From the NCBI GenBank assembly GCA_037200705.1, contig JBBCID010000011.1:248148-312147 (forward strand): a stretch of DNA of 64,000 nt. Reading direction: 5' to 3'. A program made the position numbers and the translations under genes. Positions within the stretch are counted from its first letter, which is position 1. Each line of letters starts with the position of its first letter. The stretch comes from Sphingomonas sp. (GTDB lineage: Bacteria > Pseudomonadota > Alphaproteobacteria > Sphingomonadales > Sphingomonadaceae). Shown here piece by piece: positions 33,449 to 44,336 of the stretch. The notes below the pieces were generated by a model. That model was not told the DNA's origin, did no database searches, and worked only from the letters and a program-made list of their open reading frames with translations.

Positions 33449-33519
33449 GATGATGCTCCTCGTCGCTGGGTGCGCTATCAACCGGGATCGCGCCGCGTTC
33501 GTTCCAACAGGGGTTGAAG

Positions 33520-33891
33520 ATGCACGTCATGCACGATTCCAGGGCCCTGCCCGCCGAAACCATCGGCTTCGACCAGTTCCTCGCGGTCGACATCCGCGTC
33601 GGCACGATCGTCGAGGCACTGCCCTTCCCGGAGGCGCGCAAGCCCGCGTACAAGCTGCTGATCGATTTCGGCCCGACGATCGGCCGCAAGCGCTCGTCGG
33701 CGCAGATCACCGAGCACTACGGGCTCGAGGACCTGCCCGGCACCCAGGTCGCGGCGGTGGTCAATTTCCCGCCGCGCCAGATCGGCCCGGTGATGTCCGA
33801 GGTGCTGACGCTCGGCTTTCCCGATGCCGGGGGACGCGTCGTGCTGGTGCGGCCGAGCGTGCCGGTGCCCGATGGCGGGCGACTGTTCTGA
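33520..33891 (+). CDS. csaA: tRNA-binding protein CsaA/Trbp111
   Basis: VDIRVGTI, KRSSAQIT, VVNFPPRQIG, SEVLTLG. Confidence 0.9.
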   Translation: MHVMHDSRALPAETIGFDQFLAVDIRVGTIVEALPFPEARKPAYKLLIDFGPTIGRKRSSAQITEHYGLEDLPGTQVAAVVNFPPRQIGPVMSEVLTLGFPDAGGRVVLVRPSVPVPDGGRLF

Positions 33892-33941
33892 GCGGCTCCC
33901 TCCGGGGGGGTTGATCCGCACGGGCGGCCGCAATAGCCTCA

Positions 33942-33968
33942 TGTTTCCGAAAGTGAATTTCGGAAACA
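33942..33968. promoter_or_regulatory. Perfect 11-bp inverted repeat, operator-like
   Basis: TGTTTCCGAAA-GTGAA-TTTCGGAAACA about 20 bp upstream of ATG 33987. Confidence 0.65.
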
Positions 33969-33986
33969 AACCGGGGGAGAGGATCG

Positions 33987-34536
33987 ATGAAGCTCAGCAC
34001 CTTCTTGCTGTGGGCATTCGCGGCGCCGGCAGCGTTCGCCGCGCCCGCCGCGCAGGCCCAGAGCGACGACGAAGCCGCGCGGCAGATGAGCACCAATCCC
34101 GATCCGTCGACCTTCCAGGTCTATGGCCTCAGTCCCGCCCCGAAATCGGTCAAGGATCTGACGGTGCAGGGCGGCCGTGCGCTGCCCGTCCGGTCACCGG
34201 CAGCGGCAATGCCTGGGACGTCGGCGTCAACGTGCCGATCATCAAGCCGGTCAAGGCCGGGGACAATCTGGTGCTGATGTTCTACGCCAAGCTCGCCAAG
34301 TCCGCCCCCGGGATCGCCACCGCCAAGATGGCGGCGCAGATCCAGCTCGCAGGCGCGCCCTATACCGCGATCTTCAACAAGGGCTTCGACGTGACGCCCG
34401 AATGGCAGATCTTCCAACTGACGGGAAGGCGGACAAGGATTATCCCAAGGGCGCGCTCAACGCGGCGTTCCACCTCAACACCGGCCGGCAGACGATCGCG
34501 CTCGGCATCGTCGCCGTGCTCGACCAGGGGCAATGA
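33987..34536 (+). CDS. Secreted hypothetical protein, possibly CBM-like (frameshifted)
   Basis: GGAGAGG RBS, signal peptide; GNAWDV...PVKAGDNLVLMFYA...PEWQIF...QTIALG beta-sandwich-like pattern. Confidence 0.65.
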
Positions 34537-34540
34537 GCCG

Positions 34541-35269
34541 CTAGGCGCGGACGGCGGTGACCAGATAGTCGAGGCCGGTATCGTCGCCGAGGACGAAGCC
34601 GCGCGCGGGCGAGAAGCCCAGCCCACGGACCTCGGTGACCCTCAGGGCCCGCGCCGGCGAGCAGCTCGGTGAGCTCGTCGGGCGTGAGGAACCGGCGCCA
34701 GTCGTGCGTCCCCTTGGGAAATCGCGCCGGAGCCTTCGCCGATCGTGATCATCGCGAGGTGCGAGAGCAACGTGCGATTGGGGGTGGAAAGCACCATCAG
34801 CCCGCCCTCGGCGAGCGCGCCGGCGAGCCCCCGCCGCGAACGCGCGCGTGTTGGCGACATGCTCGATCACCTCCATCGACACGACCAGATCGAAGCGCCG
34901 CTCCGCCACCGCCTCGACCCCGCCGGCGAGATATTCGATCTCGAGCCCCGACGCGCCGGCATGCGCCTGCGCCGCGCCGATATTCTCGGGCGCCGCGTCG
35001 ACCCCGGTGACGCGCGCGCCCAGCCGCGCGAGCGGCTCGGTCAGCAGCCCGGCGCCGCAGCCGATGTCGAGCGCGGTCCGGCCGGCGAGCGGCGCGAAGC
35101 CGGCCGCATCGCCGCCCCAATGCGCATCGATCGCCGCGCGCAGATAGGCGAGCCGCGCCGGATTGAGCCGGTGGAGCATCGCCGACGAGCCCTTGGGATC
35201 CCACCAGTCGCGAGCCAGCGCGCCGAAATGCGCGGCCTCGGTGGCGTCGATCGTCGATGCGAAAGTCAT
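34541..35269 (-). CDS. ubiG: Ubiquinone biosynthesis O-methyltransferase (frameshifted)
   Basis: DWWDPKG, LHRLNPARL, LDIGCGAG, MEVIEHV, LSTPNRT. Confidence 0.93.
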   Translation of the reverse strand: MTFASTIDATEAAHFGALARDWWDPKGSSAMLHRLNPARLAYLRAAIDAHWGGDAAGFAPLAGRTALDIGCGAGLLTEPLARLGARVTGVDAAPENIGAAQAHAGASGLEIEYLAGGVEAVAERRFDLVVSMEVIEHVANTRAFAAGARRRARRGRADGAFHPQSHVALAPRDDHDRRRLRRDFPRGRTTGAGSSRPTSSPSCSPARALRVTEVRGLGFSPARGFVLGDDTGLDYLVTAVRA

Positions 35270-35365
35270 GGGCGTCCCCCCTAGCAGCCACGAGATGATC
35301 GCCCAAGCGGCTTGGGACGGACGGGGTTGCGTATTAGTTCGGTGCCACACCAAAGGGCTCAGCGC

Positions 35366-36348
35366 GTGATTATCCGATTGCTTCTGCTGGCGCTGCTGCT
35401 TCCTGCCGCGGAGCATCGCGGCCTATATGGATGCGCAAGGCCGCCAGGGGTTCAGCGGAACGGTGCTCGTCGCGCGGCGGGGCGTGGTGTTCGAGCGCCT
35501 ATGGCATGGCCGATCGCGAATGGGGCATTCCCAACACGCTCGACACCCGGTTCCGGATCGGTTGGCTCACCAAGCAGTTCACCGCTGCCGCGATGCTCGC
35601 CGAGTGCGGCAAGCTGTCGCTCGACGATCCGCTGCGCCGGTTCGTCCCCGATTGCCCGCCCGCATGGGCGCCGGTCCGCATCCGACAACTGCTCGACCAC
35701 AGCTCGGGCATCCCCGATTTCGTCCGGCTGCGCTTCCCCCAGCCGGCGAAGCTCGACGAGACGATCGCGCTGCTCGAGCGCCAGCCGCTCGATTTCGCGC
35801 CGGGCAGCGAGACGCGCTACGGCAATTCGGGTTCCTGATCTCGGCCTCTCTCGTCGAGAAGCTCTCCGGCTGCAGCTATGCCTGCTTCGTCGACGACGAA
35901 ATCTACCACCCGCTCGGGATGACCGTGTCGGGCTATGCCGAGGACGCGCCGATCCTCACGCATCGCGCGCATGGTTACACGCGACGGGGCATATCAGAAC
36001 GCACCCTTCATCGACATGTCTGTGCCGATCGGCGCCGGCTCGCAATATTCGACCATCGACGATCTCTACCACTGGGACCGGGCGCTCTACGGCTCGGCGC
36101 TGCTGTCCGACGCCAGCCGCCGCGCGATGTTCGCGCGCGGACGCGGCGACTTCGGGCTCGGCTGGGAAGTCTCGGAGGAAAACGGGCGCCGCGTGATCGA
36201 GCATAACGGCGACATCAACGGCTTCGGCGCGTTCATCGCCCGCTATCCCGATCAGGACGCGGTGATCATCCTCCTCACCAACACCGAGGGCACCAGGGTG
36301 CGAGACATCAAGGACGCGATCGCCGGGCTTCTGTTCGCCGCGCGCTAG
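35366..36348 (+). CDS. Serine hydrolase, beta-lactamase/AmpC family (frameshifted)
   Basis: FRIG(W)[29 protein letters not shown]. Confidence 0.85.
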
Positions 36349-36416
36349 CCTTGCTTGCCTTTGCCGGGCGCCCTTTCTATCAGCCCCGCTCTCGCAAGGG
36401 GGTTCGGCAGGCACCG

Positions 36417-37656
36417 ATGGCGCGGAAGTTCGGCGGCACGTCGATGGCCGGGATCGAGCGCATCCGCAGCGTCGCCGCGCGGGTCAAGCGCGAGGTCGAC
36501 GCGGGCAACCAGGTCGCGGTGGTGGTCTCGGCGATGGCGGGCGAGACCGATCGGCTGGTCGGCTTCTGCCGCGAGGCCTCGTCGCTCTACGATCCGCGCG
36601 AATATGACGTGGTGGTCTCCTCCGGCGAGCAGATCACCAGCGGGCTCCTGGCCATCGCGCTCCAGGCGGCGGGGGTCCCGGCGCGGAGCTGGCTCGGCTG
36701 GCAACTCCCGATCCGCACCTCGGACGGCCACGCCTCGGCGCGGATCGCCGAGATCGACACGACCGCGCTCGACGCCAGCCTGGCGGCGGGCGAGGTCGCG
36801 GTGATCCCGGGCTTCCAGGGCGTCGCCGCGGGCGAGCGCGTCACCACGCTCGGGCGTGGCGGATCGGATACGTCGGCGGTGGCGATGGCGGCGGCGATGA
36901 AGGCCGATCGCTGCGACATCTATACCGACGTCGACGGCGTCTATACCACCGATCCGCGCATCGTGCCGCGCGCGCGCAAGCTCAAGCGCATCACCTACGA
37001 GGAAATGCTCGAACTCGCGAGCGTCGGCGCCAAGGTGCTCCAGACGCGCTCGGTGGGGCTGGCGATGAAGGAAGGCGTGCGCGTCCAGGTGCTGTCGTCG
37101 TTCGTCGAGGCCGAGGGCGACGAACCGGGCACGCCTGATCGTGGGCGAAGAGGAGATCGACGACATGGAACGCCAGCTCATCACCGGCATCGCGCACGAC
37201 AGGAACGAGGCCAAGGTGACGCTCACCGCGGTGCCCGACCATCCGGGCGCGGTCGCCTCGATCTTCACGCCGCTCGCCGACGCCAACATCAACGTCGACA
37301 TGATCGTCCAGAACGTCGCGCATTCGACCGGATCGACCGACGTGACCTTCACCGTCCCCCAGGTCGAGCTGGTCCGCGCGCTCGACGTGCTCGGCAAGGC
37401 GCAGGGCGCGATCGGCTATCGGGAGCTGGTCCACGATACGCGCGTCTCGAAGGTCTCGATCGTCGGGGTGGGGATGCGCAGCCACGCGGGCGTCGCCGCG
37501 ACGATGTTCAAGACGCTGGGCGAGCGCGGGATCAACATCCAGGCGATCGCGACCTCGGAGATCAAGGTCTCGGTGCTGATTGAGGAGGATTATACCGAGC
37601 TGGCGGTCAGGGTGCTGCATACCGCTTACGGGCTGGACGCGGAAGACGCGAGCTGA
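36417..37656 (+). CDS. lysC: Aspartate kinase (frameshifted)
   Basis: [32 protein letters not shown]; two ACT domains. Confidence 0.95.
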
Positions 37657-37673
37657 AGGGCAGCCGTGCGCCG

Positions 37674-39168
37674 TCAACGCCCCCGGATCGCCGCGGACGA
37701 TGTGCGGCGTGATGACGATGTAGAGCTCGGTCTTCGCGCGCGTGCTCTTGTCGGCCGTGAAGATGCGGCCGAGGACGGGGATGTCGCCGAGCAGCGGGAC
37801 CTTGACGCGGGACTTGAGCTCGTTCTCCTGCACCAGCCCGCCGATCACGAACGCTTCGCCGTCGCGCACGGTCGCCGAGGTTTCGGCCTCGCGCTGGCTG
37901 ATCGTCGGATAGCCCTGCGAGAAGCCGGTGACGCTGGAGACGACGCAGAACACGTGCGAGGTGACGAACCCGTCGCTGCTCACCCGTGGCGCGATCTGCA
38001 GCGTGACCCCGACGTTGACATATTGCACCTGCTGCGAAACCCCGTTGACGCCGGACAGCGTGATCGCGGTGAGGATCGGAAGCGCGTCGCCGGTGATGAT
38101 CTTCGCGGTCGAGCCGCTTTGCGCCGCGATCTTGGGCTTCGAGATGATCCGCCCCTCGCCCTTCTCGATCTGCGCATAGAGCGCCGCCTGGATCGAGACG
38201 CTGTCGAGCCGCCGCCGCGGCGAATTGGTCAGGTTGGCGAACGGGATGAACTGCCCGCTCTGCACCGTCGCCACGGCGAGCTGGCCGTTGGCGTTGGTGA
38301 AATCGAGCCCCAGGCTCTTCGCGCCGCTTTCGGTCAGCTCGACGAATTCGGTCTCGAGCAGCACGCTGGCCAGCGGCACGTCGATCTTCGCGATCTGGGC
38401 GCGCACGCGCGCGACATGCTCGGGCGAGCCGCGCACCCAGATCGCGTTGAGGCGACGATCGACGGCAAGGCTCGAATCCACCGCCTGGCCGAGCGGTCGA
38501 TCGTCGGGGCCATTCTGGCTCGGCGCGCTCTGGACGGGCGCGTTGTTGGAGCCCGGCGAGCCGAATCCCGGCTCCTGGGGGAGGAACGAATCGTTGGAGC
38601 GCACCGCCGCGCCTTCGCTGAGCAGGCCGACGACTTCGCTGACGTCGGCATAGTTGAGCGGGATCAGTTCGAAATCGTCCTCGCCCGGCGGCGGGTCGAC
38701 CGCGCGCGGCAGCGGGCCAGCTTCGCCAGCGCTCGCCGCGCCGCGATCGCGGACACGCTCGGCCACGGCTGTCGATCGATCGAGCGCGCTCAGCTTGACG
38801 AGGAAACGTTGCCGCGAATCGGGGGTGATCTCCATATGGGTCCTGGCGGCCATGACGAAGGTCAGCCGCAACCAGCCCGATTCCTGGTTGAACACGATAT
38901 CCCTCAGCAGCGCCGCGGGCGTGTCGAGGCTGGCGGCCGGACCGCGCCGGATCCCGAGCAGCGTCACCGTGATCCGATTGGTGTCGTTCCCGGCGACGCG
39001 CGCTTCCGGCGCGGGGCGATCGAAATCCAGCGTCACCGCGGCCTCGCCCGGCCCGGCATCGCGCGCGGCGACCTGGGTGAGCGAGCCCGCGCTCTGCGCG
39101 AGCGCGGCGGCGCTCGACAGATAGAGCAGGACGGCGATGAATCGCTTTGGCAGATCGAGCCGGCGCAC
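37674..39168 (-). CDS. Secretin (GspD/PilQ-like outer membrane pore)
   Basis: Signal peptide, LIPLNYADVSEV (N-domain), VDRRLNAIWVRG, YVNVGVTLQIAP, KVPLLGDIPVLGRIF, ELYIVITPHIV; stop inferred after a G-run indel. Confidence 0.9.
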
Positions 39169-39243
39169 GGGTCCGTCTCCCCGGAGAAATCAGGCGGGCG
39201 ATGAGGGTGCAGGCCGGGCGCGGGCCCGGCCTGCGGGCGGCCG

Positions 39244-39923
39244 CTACCAGACGGTGACGTTGGAGCTGCCGTTGCTGCCATAGCCCTCGGTGGCGAGGAT
39301 TTGGTAGTTCATCGTGCCGAGGTTCATGCCGTGGCTCCGCCATGCATTGACGTGGTTGGCGAAGGTGATGGTGTTGTTGACGCCTTGGGCGCGCTTCGAG
39401 GTGCGCACGCTCCAGAACTGGTAGAAGGTCGCGGTGCCGATGATCGAGGGCGCGTTGACCCGCTGCGTGCGATAGATGTTGTAGGTGCCGCCGTCGCTGC
39501 TGACCGTGCCCATCAGCGTGGCGCCGCTGCCCGGCGGGGTGAAGCTGCCCCAGCTGTCGACGACATAATATTCGATCAGCGGATTGGTCGACCAGCCGTA
39601 GAGCGCGAGATAGCTGTTGTTGCCGGGATTGAAGACGCCGGCATTATATCCGATCACGCGCGTCGTCGAGCCGGTGCTCCAGCCCTTGCCGGCGACCATG
39701 TTGCCGCTCGAGCCGAGGCTGAAGGTCGTGCTGTAGTTGCCGGCGGCGCCGAGCGTCATGCAGGCGGTGCCGGAGTTCAGGTACATCTGGTATAGAAGCC
39801 ATTGTTCGTGCCGGTCTGGTTGCTGCAGATGGTCTGCGCGTGCACGCCCCCCGCGGCGGCCAGGGCCAGAGCCGACGGAACTATGCGTGTTAGCGCTAAC
39901 ATCGCCAGTCGCTTCAGGTTCAT
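39244..39923 (-). CDS. Endo-1,4-beta-xylanase, glycoside hydrolase family 11 (N-terminal frameshifts)
   Basis: [43 protein letters not shown] with both catalytic Glu; GAGGAGAGG RBS. Confidence 0.95.
39888..39901. promoter_or_regulatory. LacI-family (XylR-like) operator
   Basis: Perfect 14-bp palindrome TGTTAGCGCTAACA resembling the Caulobacter XylR site. Confidence 0.75.
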
Positions 39924-40306
39924 CTTTCCTCTCCTCGAGTCTGCATCTGTCGTTGATGTGCCGCATCCGCCGATCTGAGTCGGCGTTGTTAGGGCGATAC
40001 AGTTGGTGACATGCGGTGCCCGCGATCGTCAAGACAATGCCGGGACGAAGAGCAGGAAATGCCCCCGTGAATTCTGTCGCGCCTTGCTGAGAAGCCGTCG
40101 AGGGACGGCATCGTACAGGAGCGCGATCGCATTTTCCTCTCCAGGCCTTCGCTTCTGCTTTCGAAGTAGGATCAGACATTTTTGGTCTACTTTGGATCGG
40201 ATTGTCGAAACGTGCGGGCGCATGCAGCGGGTTCTCGAGCGGGTCCGGCGCGGCGGGCCAATTGCAACTTGCTCGGTTGCCGCGCCCCCGGCTAGGCCCT
40301 GCCGCC

Positions 40307-41340
40307 ATGACCAGCCCCTCCACGATCGGCGCCCAGCGCCTCGCTCGCCGGATGGCGCGAGGCTGCGAATTCCTCGGGTCCGAGGTCGCGATCATGTGCG
40401 GGGCGATGTCGTGGGGGTGTCGGAGCGGCACCTGGTCTCGGCGATGTCGAACGCGGGCGGGTTCGGGCTGATCGCCTGCGGGGCGATGACCCCCGAATTG
40501 CTCGACGCCGAGATCGCCGCGACGCGCGCGCTGACCGCCAGGCCGTTCGGCGTCAACCTGATCACGATGCACCCCGCGCTGTTCGACCTGATCGAAATCT
40601 GCAACCGGCACGGCGTGACGCATGTCGTCCTCGCCGGCGGGCTGCCGCCGACCGGCAGCATCGACGCGATCAAGGCCAATGGCGCCAAATTGGTCTGCTT
40701 CGCGCCGGCGCTCAGCCTCGCCAGGAAATTGATCCGCTCGGGCGTCGACGCGCTGGTGGTCGAGGGGATGGAGGCGGGCGGCCATATCGGCCCGGTCTCG
40801 ACCAGCGTTCTCGCGCAGGAGATCCTTCCCGAAGTGTCCGAGCAGGTGCCGGTGTTCGTCGCCGGCGGGATCGGGCGCGGCGAGGCGATCGCCGCTTATC
40901 TCGACATGGGGGCGGCGGGGGTCCAGCTCGGCACGCGCTTCGTCTGCGCGACCGAGAGCATCGCGCATCCCAATTTCAAGAAGGCGTTCATCCGTGCGTC
41001 GGCAAGGGATGCGGTCGCCAGCGTCCAGATCGATCCGCGGCTGCCGGTGATCCCGGTGCGCGCGCTCAAGAACGCCTCGACCGAGAGCTTCACCGCCAAG
41101 CAGCGCGAGGTCGCGCAGCTGCTCGACGAGGGCAAGGTCGCGATGGGCGAGGCGCAGCTCCAGATCGAGCATTATTGGGCGGGCGCGCTGCGCCGCGCGG
41201 TGATCGACGGCGATGTCGAGGGCGGCAGCCTGATGGCGGGCCAGTCGGTCGGGATGGTGACGAAGGAAGAGCCCGTCGCCGAGATCATCGCCACGCTGAT
41301 GGCCGAGGCCGCGCACGCGCTGGAGACGCGCGCGGAATAG
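40307..41340 (+). CDS. Nitronate monooxygenase/FabK-like flavin oxidoreductase (frameshifted)
   Basis: [37 protein letters not shown]. Confidence 0.9.
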
Positions 41341-41393
41341 GCTTGCGCGGCTTGCCGCGAGCCGTGCCGTTGCGCTAGCTTCGCGGCATGCCC

Positions 41394-42119
41394 ATGGCTG
41401 CCGCCCGTCGATCCGGCGCGCCGTCGCCTTCGGTCCGCGCGCTGTCGATCCTGCTCGCGGCGGTTGCCGCCGCATTGCCGCTGCTGATGCTGCTGCTCGG
41501 GCTCACCGTCCAGGCGATCCGATCGTTCCGCGACCAGCCGCAGGAGACCGAGTTCATCCCGCTGCCCGAGCCCGTGCCGACGCCCGCGATCCCGCCGCCG
41601 CGACCGCAGGCTAGGCGCCTGCCCGCTTCGCCGCCGGCACCGGCGGCTCCCGCCCCGGCGCCGATTCCCGCCGCGCCCAACTCGATCGTCCCGGCGCCCG
41701 ACATCACCAGCCCGCGCGACGGATCGGGGACCGCGGGCATCGGCGGCGGCCAGGGCGCCGGCGGCGTGGGTTCGGGAACCGGCGGCGGCGGAGCGACCCG
41801 GGCGCCCGCGCCGGTGCGCACGCCGGCGAGCTGGGCGGTGGTCCCGGGTAACCGCGAGATCGGTCCGTTCGATCCGTGGCCGGCCTATGTCCGGCACATC
41901 AGCGGCCAGGCGCTGATCTCGTGCCGGGTGCTGCGCTCGCGCAGGCTGGTCGACTGCCGCGTGCTCGACGAGACGCCGCGCGGCTTCGGCTTCGGCAAGG
42001 CGGCGGTCCAGGCTTCGGCCAATTTCCTGATGAATCCGCCGCTGCGCGACGGCGAGGTCGACGAGGCGGTCCGCGTGGCGATCCCGGTGACGTTCAACAA
42101 CCGCGATCGCCCGCGCTGA
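41394..42119 (+). CDS. TonB C-terminal domain protein
   Basis: TM helix, Pro/Gly-rich linker, GQALISCRV...[18 protein letters not shown]...VAIPVTF. Confidence 0.8.
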   Translation: MAAARRSGAPSPSVRALSILLAAVAAALPLLMLLLGLTVQAIRSFRDQPQETEFIPLPEPVPTPAIPPPRPQARRLPASPPAPAAPAPAPIPAAPNSIVPAPDITSPRDGSGTAGIGGGQGAGGVGSGTGGGGATRAPAPVRTPASWAVVPGNREIGPFDPWPAYVRHISGQALISCRVLRSRRLVDCRVLDETPRGFGFGKAAVQASANFLMNPPLRDGEVDEAVRVAIPVTFNNRDRPR

Positions 42120-42121
42120 CC

Positions 42122-43088
42122 TCAGCCGAGCGCCTGCTCGGCGCGGGGGCGGACCCAGCGCCACATCACCCGCAGGCATTGCAGCGTCCAGACCACGCCC
42201 GTCGCGACGATCGCGATCTTGAAGGCCAGGTTGAGCGCGGTATCGAGCTCGGCCACCTTGGCGGCGGGCATGCCGAGCGAGGTCACCACCGCCCAATGCC
42301 CTGCGCGATAGATCGTCGCGAGCAAAGCGATCCCGCCGAGCGCGGTCGCCACCTCGATCGTGCGGTGGATCGCCTTCCAGCGGGGGCGTACCCATTCGAT
42401 CAGGTTCCCCACCAGCCGCGCCGCGGCGAGCGCCAGGATCGGCCAGTAGAGCTGATGGATGATCGGCGCGGGCTCGAGCCGGAAATCGGCGCCGCCCGAA
42501 TAATAAGGCAGCCGGATCACTCCCGTCCACCACAGCAGGAACGCGGCGCCGCCGGCGATCTCGAAGGCGAATTCCCAATTTCCCTCGGGCTTGTCCCGCA
42601 CGTCGGGAAGCTGCTCAGGCTTCCATTGGCGCAGGTGATCCGCCGGGAAGCCCGCGCGCTCCATCACCGCGAACACGATCGTCACGATCGCGAAGCTGGC
42701 GAGGAAGGAGGGCCAGATCCCGCCGAGCGTCTGGAACAAGGTGGGCAGCGTCGCGGCGTCGCCGAACAACGCGCGCGCGACGCCGACCGCGATCGTCAGC
42801 GCGACGACGATCATCGTCACGATCCTGAGCACGGAGAGGTAGAAAGGGAAGACGTCGGGCCCGATCAGCCATTGCTGCGGGCGATAGCGCGACGCGACCA
42901 CTAGGGGGATGGCCGAACTCCTTGAGCAGCGCGCCGGTCTCGGCCTTGGTGAGCGGACGGCCGAGCTCCGCCTCGCGGTCCTCGATCCGCGTCGCCAGAT
43001 CGTCGCGCAGCTCGGCGGCGATGTCGTCGGCCTTGGCGGCGGGCAGGGTGCGCCGGACCGCGTGGAGATAGCGTTCGAGCAGGTCCAT
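42122..43088 (-). CDS. HAAS-domain membrane protein (frameshifted)
   Basis: MDLLERYLHAV...DDIAAEL...LKEFGHP..VASRY followed by multiple TM helices. Confidence 0.8.
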
Positions 43089-43429
43089 CACTTGTCCCTT
43101 TCGGTCAGGCGCAGGATCGATTCGGAGATCGCGTTCCATTCGCCGAGAAGTTGCGCGAGCACGCCCACGCCATCGGGGCTGAGGCGGTAGAAGCGCTTGT
43201 TGCGTTTCGCTTCCTCGCGCCATTCGCTGGTGAGCAGGCCCTGCGTCTCGAGCCGGCGCAGCAGCGGATAGAGCGCGCTCTCGTCGATCGGCAGGCCCGC
43301 CGCCTCGAGGCTCTGGCGAAGCGTGTAGCCGTAGCGCTCGACGCGCAGCGCGACGAGCACCGCGAGGATCAGCGATCCGCGCCTGAGCTCGATCCGCAAT
43401 TTCTCGAACAGGTCCGCTTCGATGGGCAC
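43088..43429 (-). CDS. PadR-family transcriptional regulator
   Basis: ELRRGSLILAVL, YGYTL, LYPLLRRLE, KRFYRLS. Confidence 0.93.
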   Translation of the reverse strand: MPIEADLFEKLRIELRRGSLILAVLVALRVERYGYTLRQSLEAAGLPIDESALYPLLRRLETQGLLTSEWREEAKRNKRFYRLSPDGVGVLAQLLGEWNAISESILRLTERDK

Positions 43430-43434
43430 GAGCC

Positions 43435-43473
43435 ATGTCTCACATCGTGTATGACACATACTGTATGACACAT
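43435..43473 (-). promoter_or_regulatory. Tandem 14-bp direct repeats, probable PadR operator
   Basis: ATGTGTCATACAGT-ATGTGTCATACACG-ATGTGAGACAT immediately upstream of padR. Confidence 0.6.
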
Positions 43474-43606
43474 AGCTTGTCGTTGCGCAAGCAAATCGGA
43501 AATGCTCCGGGACGAAAATGGTAACCGGCTGATTCAACGTCTTTAATCTTGCAATCAGCTCAGCGATTTAGCACGATTCTGGGGCGGGCGAATCGGGGGG
43601 CACGTC

Positions 43607-44287
43607 GTGAAGAATCTCGTCAAATCGATATTTGTATCCGTCGGAGTCGCGCTGTTCGCGCCGCCGGCCGCGGCGCAGGTGCTGGTGCCGCCGCCGTTGC
43701 CGCCGATCGGATCGGCGCCGAACCAGAATATTCCCGAGCGCGATTCGCTCGGCCGCTATGCGACCCCCAACCTGGGGTTGTCGCGCGACGAGGTCGTCTG
43801 GCACCTGCGCGCCGCGCTCAACGTCGCGGCGCTCGCGTGCCGCGACGCCGAGGAGGAGCGGACGATCACCGCCTATAACCGGATGATCGCCGAGGATGCC
43901 GCGCCGCTCGCCGCCGCCGATGCCGCGGTCAAGGCCGACTATCGCGCGCGCTATGGGGTCGATTGGGCCGACCGGCACGACCACGACATGACCAAGCTCT
44001 ACAATTTCTTCGCGCAGCCGCCCGCGCAGGGCGGCTTCTGCGCCGCCGCGCAGGGCGTCCTCGCCGAGATCGATCGCGTCCCGCCAGCGGAGCTCGCCGA
44101 TTTCGCCGCCGAGGCGCTGCCGCGGCTGGAGGCGCCGTTCACCGATTTCTACCGCGACTATGATCGGTATCGACTCGCGCTCGCGGCCTGGAACGCGCAG
44201 GCGATGCCCGGCCGCGCCGGCATGGGCCTCGCGGCTGCCGCGCCGACGCAGCAGACCGCGAGCATCGCCGGGCTGGCGATGCCCTGA
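43607..44287 (+). CDS. Secreted hypothetical protein
   Basis: Signal peptide; WHLRAALNVAALAC, MTKLYNFFAQPP. Confidence 0.75.
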   Translation: MKNLVKSIFVSVGVALFAPPAAAQVLVPPPLPPIGSAPNQNIPERDSLGRYATPNLGLSRDEVVWHLRAALNVAALACRDAEEERTITAYNRMIAEDAAPLAAADAAVKADYRARYGVDWADRHDHDMTKLYNFFAQPPAQGGFCAAAQGVLAEIDRVPPAELADFAAEALPRLEAPFTDFYRDYDRYRLALAAWNAQAMPGRAGMGLAAAAPTQQTASIAGLAMP

Positions 44288-44336
44288 AGCCTGCGAGCAC
44301 ATGGCGCGCGCCGACGCAATCTGTTAGCGCGCGGCC

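Noticed and set aside
36417-36435. LysC N-terminus MARKFGG, lacking the usual hydrophobic residues before KFGG
   Set aside because: Probably a short deletion error.
36991-37673. Secretin C-terminal extension overlapping lysC
   Set aside because: A single extra G in a homopolymer explains the read-through; the extension is antisense to lysC.
39924-41475. Apparent 743-aa xylanase fusion
   Set aside because: The upstream part is antisense to the FabK-like gene and intergenic DNA; the xylanase has its own RBS and ATG at 39923.
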